Origin: Desulfotalea psychrophila LSv54
GTDB taxonomy: Bacteria; Desulfobacterota; Desulfobulbia; Desulfobulbales; Desulfocapsaceae
DNA length: 32,000 nucleotides
Reading direction: 5' to 3'
Assembly (NCBI RefSeq): GCF_000025945.1
Contig: NC_006138.1
Coordinates: 60,001-92,000, forward strand
The notes beneath the pieces were generated by a model. The model worked only from the letters and a program-made list of their open reading frames with translations, ran no database searches and was not told where the DNA came from. Each line of letters starts with the position of its first letter. The first letter of the stretch is position 1. The position numbers and the translations under genes are program-made. Shown piece by piece: positions 7,819 to 16,723 of this stretch.

Positions 7819-8178
7819 ATGCTTTATGAGAATCTTGATGTCTGGAAGCGCAGTAGAGTGTTGGCTATCGAAACGTATACTGTTTTTAAAAATTGCAGAG
7901 ATTTTGGTTTTAAAGATCAAATTACTCGCTCATCTCTATCTGTTCCCAGTAATCTTGCAGAAGGTTGCGAAAGAACATCGATTCTCGAACGTATTCGCTT
8001 TTTTGATATTGCTAAAGGTTCTTTGGGCGAATTCAAGACGCAGGTCGACATTGGTATTGCGATTGACTATATAGAGTCCCGGCAAGGATCTCTTTGGTTG
8101 CGAGAGTCTGATGAAATTTCGCGGATGATTGCTGCAATGATGATAAAAATGAGACAGCAAAAAGAAAGCAAGAGCTGA
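7819..8178 (+). CDS. four helix bundle protein (23S rRNA intervening-sequence protein family, Avd-like)
   Basis: 119 aa. NLDVWKRSRVLAIETY...FKDQITRSSLSVPSNLAEGCERTS..ERIRFFDIAKGSLGEFKTQVDI matches the family signature (SxPSNIAEG, F..IA.GS..E). GGAGGA is at 7809-7814. Confidence 0.9.
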   Translation: MLYENLDVWKRSRVLAIETYTVFKNCRDFGFKDQITRSSLSVPSNLAEGCERTSILERIRFFDIAKGSLGEFKTQVDIGIAIDYIESRQGSLWLRESDEISRMIAAMMIKMRQQKESKS

Positions 8179-8188
8179 CACTAGGTAT

Positions 8189-8236
8189 TAGAAGCTACAG
8201 ATGCTAGAAGCTACAGATACGAGATACTAGATACTA
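8189..8236 (+). repeat. degenerate heptad-derived tract
   Basis: TAGAAGCTACAGATRC occurs twice (8189-8220), followed by GAGATAC and TAGATAC heptads. It is related to the CAGATACGAGATGCTAG prefix seen at 16147-16163. Confidence 0.7.
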
Positions 8237-8404
8237 AAAAGCGCAACTGCAAGAAAAGCCTAAAAGCAGCAGAGAGTCGGAGCGGATCGTCTCACATTAA
8301 AGCACTATTTTTTATATATTTTTTGTGTTTGTTCTTCTTTTGTCTTTCTGCCCTTGCGCTGGCTTTTTTCTGATAGCTTCAAGCTTATAGCTTTACCGCT
8401 TTTT

Positions 8405-8460
8405 CTAGCATCTCGAATCTAGCATCTAATATCTGTCTTTCTGCTCTTTCTAGCATCTCT
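8405..8460 (-). repeat. inverted heptad blocks (CTAGCATC x3)
   Basis: CTAGCATC at 8405, 8419 and 8450 is the reverse complement of the GATGCTAG units at 7661-7702. The interspersed CTGTCTTTCTGCTCTTTC is the reverse complement of the GAAAGAGCAGAAAGACAG-type prefix. Confidence 0.75.
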
Positions 8461-8476
8461 AAAGGATTTTTCACAA

Positions 8477-9352
8477 ATGCTTCCACAATCGAATCAGTCC
8501 AAGGGCCTTCTCATCGCCGCCCTTGGTGTCCTGGCCCTGACACCCGACACCCTGCTCGTTCGTCTAGCCCATCTTGACAGTACCACCCTGCTCTTTTGGC
8601 GAGGACTTGCCACCCTCATTGGTATGAGCGCAGTCACCCTCCTCCAGCATGGCAGGGACACGGCCCATCAGTTTCGCCAAATCGGCAAGACCGGTATCGG
8701 GGTGGGACTGTTGATGGGTTGCAGTAGCTGCTGTTTTGTCATGGCCCTCTACTATACCAGTGTTGCCAATACCCTGGTCATCCTCTCCTCCTCGCCGATA
8801 TTTGCCGCCCTGTACAGTCGAGTCTTCCTGAAGGAAAGGGTGGCCGGCAGAACCATTATCAGCATAATAGTGGTAATCACCGCCATCTCCTTCATTGTCG
8901 GCGACAGCGAGGGTAGCACCAGTCTCCTGGGCAACTGCATCGCCCTCTGTGCAGCAATGTGCATGTCAGCCGGTTTCACCATGATGCGCAGTGGGAAAAA
9001 ACGCAATATGATACCTGCCACTGCCCTGGGAGGAATCATCCTCATCTGCGTCGGAGCAAGTCTGGCTCCATCCCTGGCACTCTCCTGGCAACAGGCGGCC
9101 CTTATTGTCTGCATGGGCGTCTCCTCTGCGGCGGGATTTATCATGATCACCATGGCCACCCGTTATATCAGTTCACCCGAGGTCAGCCTTCTGATGCCCA
9201 TCGAAACGGTGCTGGCCAGTTATATCGTTTGGCTCGTTCTGGGAGAGGCCCCCGCGACCATAACCATCATCGGTGGCATAGTCATTATTAGCACCCTCAG
9301 CCTCCACTCCTTGCTGTCACTACGTTCCATCCCAGCCCGGCCCCTCGATTGA
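8477..9352 (+). CDS. DMT (EamA-like) family transporter
   Basis: 291 aa with about 10 hydrophobic helices in two EamA-like halves. Confidence 0.8.
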   Translation: MLPQSNQSKGLLIAALGVLALTPDTLLVRLAHLDSTTLLFWRGLATLIGMSAVTLLQHGRDTAHQFRQIGKTGIGVGLLMGCSSCCFVMALYYTSVANTLVILSSSPIFAALYSRVFLKERVAGRTIISIIVVITAISFIVGDSEGSTSLLGNCIALCAAMCMSAGFTMMRSGKKRNMIPATALGGIILICVGASLAPSLALSWQQAALIVCMGVSSAAGFIMITMATRYISSPEVSLLMPIETVLASYIVWLVLGEAPATITIIGGIVIISTLSLHSLLSLRSIPARPLD

Positions 9353-9384
9353 TTTCCAAAGCGGGCAGACACAACACTTAGTAG

Positions 9385-9414
9385 TTGACATTGCCCTGTC
9401 ATACCATATATGAT
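9385..9414 (+). promoter_or_regulatory. candidate sigma70-type promoter of nrdDG
   Basis: TTGACA at 9385-9390, an 18-nt spacer, then TATGAT at 9409-9414. The -10 is embedded in the AT-rich near-palindrome CCATATATGATGG (9404-9416). This implies a leader of about 260 nt. Confidence 0.4.
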
Positions 9415-9677
9415 GGCCTCAGCCAACATCATCGATATTGGCAGCACCTATAAAAATCGAACATACCGCGCATATTTAGGATGATTCTGCAAGAGTTACT
9501 CAAAGAATTATCCATCGTCAGACACGGCAAACAACAACATACAAAAAGGCCAGGGCATCGATAAAAAGCAGGCTTGTTATCTTGAGTAGCACGACTTTTT
9601 CACCATGATAACAGCAAGACCTGAACATCCCGGCTGCCAATATCAACCCTTACCTACACCTTCAAGGAAAAATAATT

Positions 9678-11795
9678 ATGTCAGCGCATACCGCCTCTCT
9701 CCGTCCTGTAGTCTTTACCCATGTTAAAAAAAGAACTGGTAATATTGTTCCCTTTGAGTCTGCCAAGATAACCGCCGCCCTCGAGAAAGCAGGTCTTGCC
9801 ACAGAGGAATTTGCCCAGGACGAGGCGCGCCGTCTAACTATTCGTGTTCTCACCCTCGCCTATGAGGTATTGCCTGAGACACCAGAAGTTGAACAGCTCC
9901 AGGATCTGGTGGAGGAGGTACTTCTCGCCTCTCCCCATAGAAAAACAGCCAAATCTTATATTCTCTACCGCGATCAGCAAAAACGACGCCGGCAGATGAT
10001 TGAGCAGGCGGATATTCAGCTCATTGACAACTACCTTGAGCGTCTTGATTGGCAGGTAAACGAGAACAGCAATATGGCCTACTCCCTTCAGGGTCTCAAT
10101 AACTATATTGCCAACGAAACCAGCAAGAACTACTGGCTGCACCGCATCTACCCACCAGAGGTGCGTGATGCCCACGAGCAGGGTGATCTCCATATCCATG
10201 ATCTTGGCCTGCTGTCGGTATACTGCGTTGGCTGGGACCTTCAGGATCTTCTTAAAAACGGTTTTCGTGGAGTAGCAGGCAAGGCTGCATCTGCTCCGGC
10301 AAAACACTTCCGAAGCGCCCTGGGTCAGGTGGTAAACTTTTTCTACACCCTGCAGGGAGAAGCTGCCGGTGCCCAGGCTTTTTCAAGTTTTGATACCCTG
10401 CTCGCCCCCTTTATCCGCAAGGACGGTTTAACCTTCAAGGAGGTTAAACAAGCCGTACAGGAGTTTATCTTTAACCTGAACGTACCTACCCGGGTTGGTT
10501 TTCAAACACCCTTCACCAACCTGACCATGGATCTGCAACCACCCTCCACCCTACGTGATGAGCCAGCTAAGATTGGTGGCGTAGACCAGGAGAACTGCTA
10601 CAGTGATTATCAGGTGGAGATGAACATGATCAACGAGGCCTTCCTCGAGGTTATGTCCGAAGGTGATGCCAATGCCCGTGTTTTCACCTTCCCTATTCCG
10701 ACCTACAATATCACTGAAGATTTTAACTGGGACGACAAGAGCCTGGACAAGCTCTGGAGCGTCACGGCAAAATACGGCATCCCCTATTTTGCCAACTTTG
10801 TTAACTCGGACCTCTCCGTTGACGATGCCCGTTCCATGTGCTGTCGCCTTCGTCTTGATACCCGCGAACTGGAAAAACGTGGTGGTGGTCTCTTTGGTGC
10901 CAATCCACTCACCGGTTCCATCGGTGTTGTGACCATGAACCTGGTGGCACTTGGCCAGCAAAGTAACAGCGAAGAAGAATTTTTCACCCGACTTGACCAC
11001 CAGTTAGAGATTGCCCGTACCAGTCTTGAGATTAAACGTAAGGTGCTCGAAGACTACACTGCCAAGGGACTCTACCCATACACCAAGTATTATCTGCGTC
11101 AGGTTCACAATCGTTTCCAAAAATATTGGGAAAACCACTTCTCCACCATCGGCGTTATCGGTGCCAATGAGGCCTGTATCGGCGTTGTCGGCCATAATAT
11201 CGGCGACCCTGAAGGCAATAAATTTGCCACGGATATCCTCGACTATATCAGAGAAAAACTCCAGCAATTCCAAACAGAAACAGGGAATCTCTACAACCTT
11301 GAGGCAACCCCTGCCGAGGGCACCGGTTTTCGTTTGGCCCAGATAGACAAGAAACGTTTTCCTGAAATGAAGACAGCTCTCTGCACCGACGATGGCAGCA
11401 CCCCCATCTACACCAACTCGACCCAGTTGCCCATCAACTACAGCGATGATATTTACAAGATCCTTGATCTGCAGGATAACCTCCAGACCAAATATACAGG
11501 CGGTACTGTACAGCATATCTTCCTCGGTGAGGCAGCACCTGATCCAGTGGCAGTAAAAGCATTTGTCAAATCTATCTGCAATAACTACCAGATTCCATAT
11601 TTTACCATCAGCCCTTCATTCTCCATCTGCCCTGAGCATGGCTACCTGTTAGGGGAAGTTGAAAAATGCCCCACCTGTGATGGCCCAACGGAGATTTACT
11701 CACGGGTTGTGGGCTATCTTCGCCCCGTACAACAGTGGAACGATGGCAAAAAGGCAGAATTCAAACAACGCTCTCATTTCAAGGTCGGTAAATAA
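9678..11795 (+). CDS. nrdD: anaerobic ribonucleoside-triphosphate reductase (class III)
   Basis: 705 aa. It has an N-terminal ATP-cone (VKKRTGNIVPFESAKITAALEKA) and a C-terminal zinc site (CPEHG...CPTCDG). The glycyl-radical motif RVVGYLRP is near the C-terminus. Confidence 0.95.
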   Translation: MSAHTASLRPVVFTHVKKRTGNIVPFESAKITAALEKAGLATEEFAQDEARRLTIRVLTLAYEVLPETPEVEQLQDLVEEVLLASPHRKTAKSYILYRDQQKRRRQMIEQADIQLIDNYLERLDWQVNENSNMAYSLQGLNNYIANETSKNYWLHRIYPPEVRDAHEQGDLHIHDLGLLSVYCVGWDLQDLLKNGFRGVAGKAASAPAKHFRSALGQVVNFFYTLQGEAAGAQAFSSFDTLLAPFIRKDGLTFKEVKQAVQEFIFNLNVPTRVGFQTPFTNLTMDLQPPSTLRDEPAKIGGVDQENCYSDYQVEMNMINEAFLEVMSEGDANARVFTFPIPTYNITEDFNWDDKSLDKLWSVTAKYGIPYFANFVNSDLSVDDARSMCCRLRLDTRELEKRGGGLFGANPLTGSIGVVTMNLVALGQQSNSEEEFFTRLDHQLEIARTSLEIKRKVLEDYTAKGLYPYTKYYLRQVHNRFQKYWENHFSTIGVIGANEACIGVVGHNIGDPEGNKFATDILDYIREKLQQFQTETGNLYNLEATPAEGTGFRLAQIDKKRFPEMKTALCTDDGSTPIYTNSTQLPINYSDDIYKILDLQDNLQTKYTGGTVQHIFLGEAAPDPVAVKAFVKSICNNYQIPYFTISPSFSICPEHGYLLGEVEKCPTCDGPTEIYSRVVGYLRPVQQWNDGKKAEFKQRSHFKVGK

Positions 11796-12415
11796 TGCGT
11801 ATAGGTGGTCTACAAAAATTCACCCTCTCTGACTATCCGGGAGTACCCGCTGCCATCATCTTCACTCAGGGATGCAACTATCGTTGCCCCTTCTGCCACA
11901 ATGGGAACCTATTGCCCATGCAGGGGAGTGAAGAGATCGAGGTAGAAGAGGTCCTCTCCTGGTTACGGGAGAGACAGGGAAAGCTCGACGGGGTAGTCAT
12001 TACCGGTGGTGAACCCACCCTGCAGGCTGATCTTGGTTCCTTTATCTGCCAGATCAGAGAGATGGGGTATAAAATCAAGCTCGATAGCAATGGCAGCCAT
12101 CCAGAAGTATTGGAAAAGCTGCTCGATCAGGGCCTCATTGATTTTGTGGCCATGGATGTTAAGGCCCCGGCAGCTAAATACTCTCGGCTTTGCGGGGTCA
12201 AGGTTAATCTTGAGCACATAGAGCAGAGCATGGAGATCATTGCCAAATCTGGTGTTGAGCACCTCTTCCGGACCACCTATGTCGAGGCCTTTTTGGATGA
12301 GGCTGATTTAGCGGAGATCCGGGGACTGATACCGACGGGCTCAACCTATGTGCAACAGTCTTTTCGTCCTGAGAATGCTCTTAGTGAGGAATTGAGACAA
12401 ACAAAAAGCGATTAA
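11795..12415 (+). CDS. nrdG: anaerobic ribonucleotide reductase activating protein (radical SAM)
   Basis: It has the CNYRCPFCHN radical-SAM cluster motif and a GGEPTL block. The start overlaps the nrdD stop (TAATG). Confidence 0.9.
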   Translation: MRIGGLQKFTLSDYPGVPAAIIFTQGCNYRCPFCHNGNLLPMQGSEEIEVEEVLSWLRERQGKLDGVVITGGEPTLQADLGSFICQIREMGYKIKLDSNGSHPEVLEKLLDQGLIDFVAMDVKAPAAKYSRLCGVKVNLEHIEQSMEIIAKSGVEHLFRTTYVEAFLDEADLAEIRGLIPTGSTYVQQSFRPENALSEELRQTKSD

Positions 12416-12451
12416 CCACAGAGAGAAGGAGAACACAGAGAAAGACTTTTT
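12412..12451 (+). repeat. mosaic repeat, module A, abutting the nrdG stop codon
   Basis: TTAACCACAGAG at 12412-12423, where the TAA at 12413-12415 is the nrdG stop. CACAGAG at 12434-12440 (17-nt phasing), followed by a T-run. Confidence 0.85.
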
Positions 12452-12548
12452 AGGTAAAGAACCAAAAAACTTTGACTGTGAAGCTCTAGCGAAATGATGA
12501 ACCTCTCTCCGACAGAAGTTCAAGCAGTTAATCTTTTCACAAAAAACA

Positions 12549-12638
12549 CTCTGTGGACTCTGTGGACTCTGTGGACTCTGTGGACTCTGTGGACTCTGTG
12601 GACTCTGTGGACTCTGTGGACTCTGTGGACTCTGTAGT
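12549..12638 (-). repeat. tandem 9-nt array (CTCTGTGGA) x9 plus one degenerate unit
   Basis: Nine perfect units span 12549-12629, followed by CTCTGTAGT. This is an expanded module A core in minus orientation, preceded by A6 (T-run on the minus strand). Confidence 0.95.
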
Positions 12639-12675
12639 TGATTTTAAAAGCCAACTATTAAGGGCAACAAAAAAA

Positions 12676-12709
12676 GGAGCTGACCTCGAAAGAGATCAGC
12701 TCCTTTTTT
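12676..12709. terminator. bidirectional intrinsic terminator between nrdG and the fadL-type gene
   Basis: GGAGCTGA (12676-12683) pairs with TCAGCTCC (12696-12703), and an inner CTC/GAG pairing closes a GAAA tetraloop. A7 lies upstream (12669-12675) and T6 downstream (12704-12709). Confidence 0.8.
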
Positions 12710-12879
12710 ATTGGACAACTACTTGAAAAATATAGCTGATAAATTATCTCTTTAAGGCTTTTTCGACAAACCCCTCCCAGCCTCCCCTTACCAAGAGGAG
12801 GAGTGGACCCTGCCCATTTCAACCCATTATCTACGAATCAACAAGGCATTGCCTCTAAGAAAATATTTCTGCCTTTAAG

Positions 12880-12940
12880 TTTTTTCTAGTATCTAGCATC
12901 CGCCATTCCGCGATGCTTCACTGCTCGTATCTGTCTTTTC
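12880..12940 (-). repeat. mosaic repeat, prefix + module C + heptads, abutting the fadL-type stop codon
   Basis: The reverse complement reads GAAAAGACAGATACGAG-GCAGTGAAGCATCGCGGAATGGCG-GATGCTAGATACTAGAAAAAAC. The C core (12901-12924) matches 20318-20341 at 22/24. It starts immediately after the TAG at 12943-12941. Confidence 0.85.
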
Positions 12941-14131
12941 CTAAAAACGATAATTCAGGCCAGTGCTAACCAAGAAGGCACCACCATTGGTAAATTCACC
13001 AACAGCGCCAATGCCTGGATGATTAACATCTCTTTCTTCTTTGTAGTCATAGAGGACAGCCATACCTACATCGAGGTTCTCGGTCATGGCATACTGAAAG
13101 CCAACGGAGTAGAGCCAGGCAGGTGCGTCTGGGAGCTCAAAGCCCACGGTGCTATTGGGGGACGGACACTCATCGTAGGCAAAACCAGCCATCAGGGTCA
13201 GGGCATCGTTAAGATCATAGCTAAGGCCAAGACGGTAGGCATTGCCATCATCCCAATCTTTCAGAAAAGATTTTGAATAACCTGCTGGATTTGTTACAAT
13301 ATTAAGCTGATCGTATGCTGACCAAAATGTTCTATCTACGGTCAGTTCTACGGTCAGATTTTCAAGGGGTTGAAACGAGGTACTGAGGGCTAAGACTGCA
13401 GGTGCTGGCACACTAGTGGACGCCGATATTATAGCCGATGGGGGCAAGAGACCACTAGCTGTAGGATTAAAGCGTACATCGCTCTCAGAAAAGTTCAGAT
13501 CAATCTTGGAACGATAGGTGGCCGAGATATTCCAACTCTCCACAGGACGAACAGAGAGGGCCAGATTATAGCCCCACTCGATAGTATCCCCCTCCATATC
13601 GTACAATACATTTTTTATGGTGGCATTGGCGTACATCATCCGTACTCCACCGGCCAGAGAGACCTTATCGTTAATACGATAGGAGAGGGTGGGGTTCAGC
13701 TCGAAGGTCTCCATGGAAAACTCGCGGGCAGAGCCAGTTCCGGCATTATTCTTCCATCTCTTGGCAAGGCCATAGGGAGAGGTATTGGAGATACCAAAGC
13801 GAAAATCTCCAAAATACGGGGAGACGATAAAACCGGTGGGCATCACAAAATTTTCATCCTCTGCATTAGACGAATATCCATCAGCTCCATGGTACTCATT
13901 CTTGGTGAGATGGATATAGGTCAGGTTACCCTGAATCATGGTCCCATCTTCCAGCCATGACATATTGGCAGGGTTAAAATAGGTGGCATCGGCCCGGGTA
14001 GACGAGGCTATATTGGCACCGGCCTTAGCCGTGGAATCAACAGATTGCTCTGGAATTCTAAAACCTGAGGCAGAGGCGTTTGCCGCCACCATAAGGCTTA
14101 TCAGGGCCAGTGCAGAAATCTTCTTTTTCAT
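12941..14131 (-). CDS. fadL: outer membrane transport protein, OMPP1/FadL/TodX family
   Basis: 396 aa with a signal peptide (MKKKISALALISLMVAANASA) and the GFRIPEQS N-terminal hatch motif. The composition is beta-barrel-like and the protein ends in a terminal F (GLNYRF). AGGAG lies 5 nt upstream of the start. Confidence 0.85.
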   Translation of the reverse strand: MKKKISALALISLMVAANASASGFRIPEQSVDSTAKAGANIASSTRADATYFNPANMSWLEDGTMIQGNLTYIHLTKNEYHGADGYSSNAEDENFVMPTGFIVSPYFGDFRFGISNTSPYGLAKRWKNNAGTGSAREFSMETFELNPTLSYRINDKVSLAGGVRMMYANATIKNVLYDMEGDTIEWGYNLALSVRPVESWNISATYRSKIDLNFSESDVRFNPTASGLLPPSAIISASTSVPAPAVLALSTSFQPLENLTVELTVDRTFWSAYDQLNIVTNPAGYSKSFLKDWDDGNAYRLGLSYDLNDALTLMAGFAYDECPSPNSTVGFELPDAPAWLYSVGFQYAMTENLDVGMAVLYDYKEERDVNHPGIGAVGEFTNGGAFLVSTGLNYRF

Positions 14132-14257
14132 CTTCTCTCCTCTTTTTTAACAATTCCACACTCTCTCTCCCAAAAGAAGGTGAAAAAATAAAGCGCCACT
14201 CCCCCACGAGCCTCTCGACCCCACAGGCCCCAGGAACATCCCGGGCCAGGAATAGCA

Positions 14258-15940
14258 TTACGTGTCGTACAGATAGCGTTTTATCTTATGGGTCGCCGTT
14301 TTGGTAAAGGGCTCCCGTCTTTCAAATATCCTGGCAATATGGGAAGACCTGGAGAGGGTCGCATTCACCTCTATCCGCATCTCCTCCAGGAGATGCTCAA
14401 TGAACCGCCGTCGTTCCTCACCGGACTGCCCATTCGTCTGTTCGTCGACATACTCATAATCGGGATAAACCGATGCCTCCAGACCATTCTCCTTTTCAAG
14501 GAGAAGGCTCTCCACTACCCAGAGGAAAGAATTTATCTTATGTTCAATGACCTCGGGATAAACATTTTCACCGTTGGCCATAACAATGACATTTTTCAAA
14601 CGACCACTGATATGGAGATTACCAGCGGCATCCAGACGGCCAAGGTCTCCCGTGGACAACCAACCATCCTCGCTCAGTACTCTGCCGCTCTCTTCCCTAT
14701 CATTATAGTAGCCCTGCATCACATTTGGACCACGGGCAAGAATCTCGCCAACCCCTGTCTCAGCATCACCATCAACGATCTTTACCTGCACACCGGGAAG
14801 AGGTTTACCCGTTGAACCGGTGGCAATAGTCTTATCACCAAGGGGTCCCCCGGCAATAAGAGGAGCAGCCTCGGTCATACCATAGCCAATGAGATATGGA
14901 AACTGAGCATCTGTTAAAAACTGGGCGACCTCAGGATTCAGGGCAGCTCCACCAATCCCCATAATCCCCAGATTACCACCAAAAAATTCAATAAGCTTTC
15001 GCCCTATTCTTTTATAGATAAAATTACGACCAAGAGATGTTTTACAGATCAGGGTCAGGAGTTTACTCTTCTCTATCTGTGGCAGCACTCGTTTTTTATA
15101 AATTTTTTCTAAGACAAGGGGCACAGCAAAGATGGCAAAGGGCCTCTCGTGCTGACAGAGTTTTTGCAAAATAGCAGGAGTCGGGGTCTTGCCCGCATAG
15201 GCTATACGCGCCCCACAGAGGAGTGGCAAGATAAAACCACAGGTAAACTCATAGGTATGGGATATGGGCAAGATGGAAAGCCAGACAGCACCAGGTTCAA
15301 TTTCGGCAAGCTCGGAAGCCGCATGAGCATTTGCACTAAAATTTCCATGGGAAAGCATAACTGCCTTTGAATACCCCGAGGTACCAGAGGTATAGAGAAT
15401 AGAGGCAATATCATCTTCTTCCACCTCAGGAAAATGAGGTGCCCCCTCCTGCCCCTGCAAACCTTCAAGGGCATTTTCAAGATAGGTACTATAGGAGGTA
15501 ACGGTAAAGACTTCGGCAAAACTATCACTATCATCAAGGGTTACAACTAACTCTGGAAAGGAACCACTAAAATCATAGACCTTCTCTAACTGGCGATGGG
15601 TGATAAAAAGTGCCCCCACCTTCATTTCGGAAAGGATATGATGCACATCACTTTCCGGCAGGTCGGGCAGGATAGGCACGACAATGGCACCTATTCGAAC
15701 AGCAGCAAGATAAACTACACCCCACCTATCGGAATTTTCAGCAAGGATTGCAATACGGCCACCCTTTTTTATCCCCTCTGCCTGCAGGCTGGCGGCAAGG
15801 GCAATAATCCTCCTCTGCATCTCCTCATAGGTTAGAGGATGAGCCATAGCCATGCCAATGGCTGGCAGGGCAGCAAATTTTTCACAGCTCATATCAACAA
15901 GATGATTGAGGGTCATAGACAGTTCTTCTCCCGCATTCAT
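14258..15940 (-). CDS. AMP-dependent synthetase / long-chain fatty acid--CoA ligase
   Basis: It has the AMP-binding motif ILYTSGTSGYSKAV, GYGMTEA, and TGDLGRLD...GRLKNVI. I chose the ATG at 15940 (MNAGEE..., GAGGTGG 6 nt upstream) over the TTG at 15988. It lies upstream of the fadL-type gene on the same strand. Confidence 0.85.
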   Translation of the reverse strand: MNAGEELSMTLNHLVDMSCEKFAALPAIGMAMAHPLTYEEMQRRIIALAASLQAEGIKKGGRIAILAENSDRWGVVYLAAVRIGAIVVPILPDLPESDVHHILSEMKVGALFITHRQLEKVYDFSGSFPELVVTLDDSDSFAEVFTVTSYSTYLENALEGLQGQEGAPHFPEVEEDDIASILYTSGTSGYSKAVMLSHGNFSANAHAASELAEIEPGAVWLSILPISHTYEFTCGFILPLLCGARIAYAGKTPTPAILQKLCQHERPFAIFAVPLVLEKIYKKRVLPQIEKSKLLTLICKTSLGRNFIYKRIGRKLIEFFGGNLGIMGIGGAALNPEVAQFLTDAQFPYLIGYGMTEAAPLIAGGPLGDKTIATGSTGKPLPGVQVKIVDGDAETGVGEILARGPNVMQGYYNDREESGRVLSEDGWLSTGDLGRLDAAGNLHISGRLKNVIVMANGENVYPEVIEHKINSFLWVVESLLLEKENGLEASVYPDYEYVDEQTNGQSGEERRRFIEHLLEEMRIEVNATLSRSSHIARIFERREPFTKTATHKIKRYLYDT

Positions 15941-16140
15941 GGAACACCACCTCACAGGTAAAAAGGAGAGCCAGGGACCTACAGTCAAGTAAACCCCATA
16001 AAAAAAAAGACCAGCACATCTGTTGATGCAGGCCCTTTCTCATATAGCACACGCTAATTCTCTTCAATAAAAGTAAAGAATATGACTTATAATCAATTTT
16101 TATACTTTTAACAGCCTTAAATTTTTAGGGAAAGGGCGGA

Positions 16141-16310
<170 letters not shown>

Positions 16311-16393
16311 AGGAAGGGCAGAGGGCACAGAGGAAATTATTAAAAAAGCAACAGAGAGAGAAACAACGAGAAAAATCAAGCTATTAGCGCAAT

Positions 16394-16419
16394 CGACATT
16401 CCGATCTGCTTCACTGCTG
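16394..16419 (-). repeat. mosaic repeat, degenerate module C
   Basis: CGACATTCCGATCTGCTTCACTGCTG resembles CGCCATTCCGCGATGCTTCACTGCTC at 12901-12926. Confidence 0.55.
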
Positions 16420-16500
16420 TTTTTTAGGCTTTTCTAGCCTCTGCTCTTTCTGACAGCTGATAGCTCCAGTCTTAAAGCTGTCTTTTCTGTAGTTTATATA

Positions 16501-16625
16501 AAAAGTTTCTCTGTGTTCTCCTAAGCAGTGGTTAACATTTGCTGTTGCTGCTGTTTTTAGGTTTTTTCTAGCATCCGCCATTCCGCGGTGCTCCACTGCT
16601 CGCATCTAGTATCTGCTCTTTCTGC
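16501..16625 (-). repeat. composite mosaic element (inverted partner of 16141-16310)
   Basis: The reverse complement reads GAAAGAGCAGATACTAGATGCGA-GCAGTGGAGCACCGCGGAATGGCG-GATGCTAGAAAAAAC..CAGCAGCAACAGCAAATGTTAACCAC..CACAGAGAAACTTTT. The C core at 16576-16599 matches 20318-20341 at 24/24. Confidence 0.9.
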
Positions 16626-16635
16626 CCTAGACCCC

Positions 16636-16689
16636 AAAAAGCAGGTAACGGGAAATAAGGGAGGTCTCCATATCACTGTTCCTGCTTTT
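16636..16689 (-). terminator. possible terminator hairpin downstream of the DUF1566 gene
   Basis: On the minus strand, AAAAGCAGGAAC pairs with GTTACCTGCTTTTT. That is a 5+3 bp stem with a bulge and a large loop containing the GGAGACCTCC palindrome, followed by T5. This is a weak call. Confidence 0.3.
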
Positions 16690-16723
16690 CTATCTGCACC
16701 AATGGCTTACCAACTACAATCGC

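Noticed and set aside
7739-8074. 111-aa ORF overlapping the Avd-like gene
   Set aside because: It lies in a different frame from the strongly supported four-helix-bundle CDS, starts in repeat-derived sequence and has no family resemblance.
7819-8178. Diversity-generating retroelement, suggested by the Avd-like protein
   Set aside because: I could see no reverse transcriptase gene and no template/variable repeat pair with adenine-specific differences anywhere in the window. The gene is better described as an IVS-family orphan.
9415-9677. Riboswitch (for example cobalamin) in the long nrdD leader
   Set aside because: I could not find a B12-box-like sequence or any other riboswitch core motif by eye. 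Only an imperfect hairpin is present.
12549-12638. Possible CRISPR array (also considered for 7661-7702, 16157-16239 and 20357-20440)
   Set aside because: The units are 6-10 nt and directly abutting with no unique spacers. These are micro/minisatellites, not CRISPR repeats, and there are no cas genes in the window.
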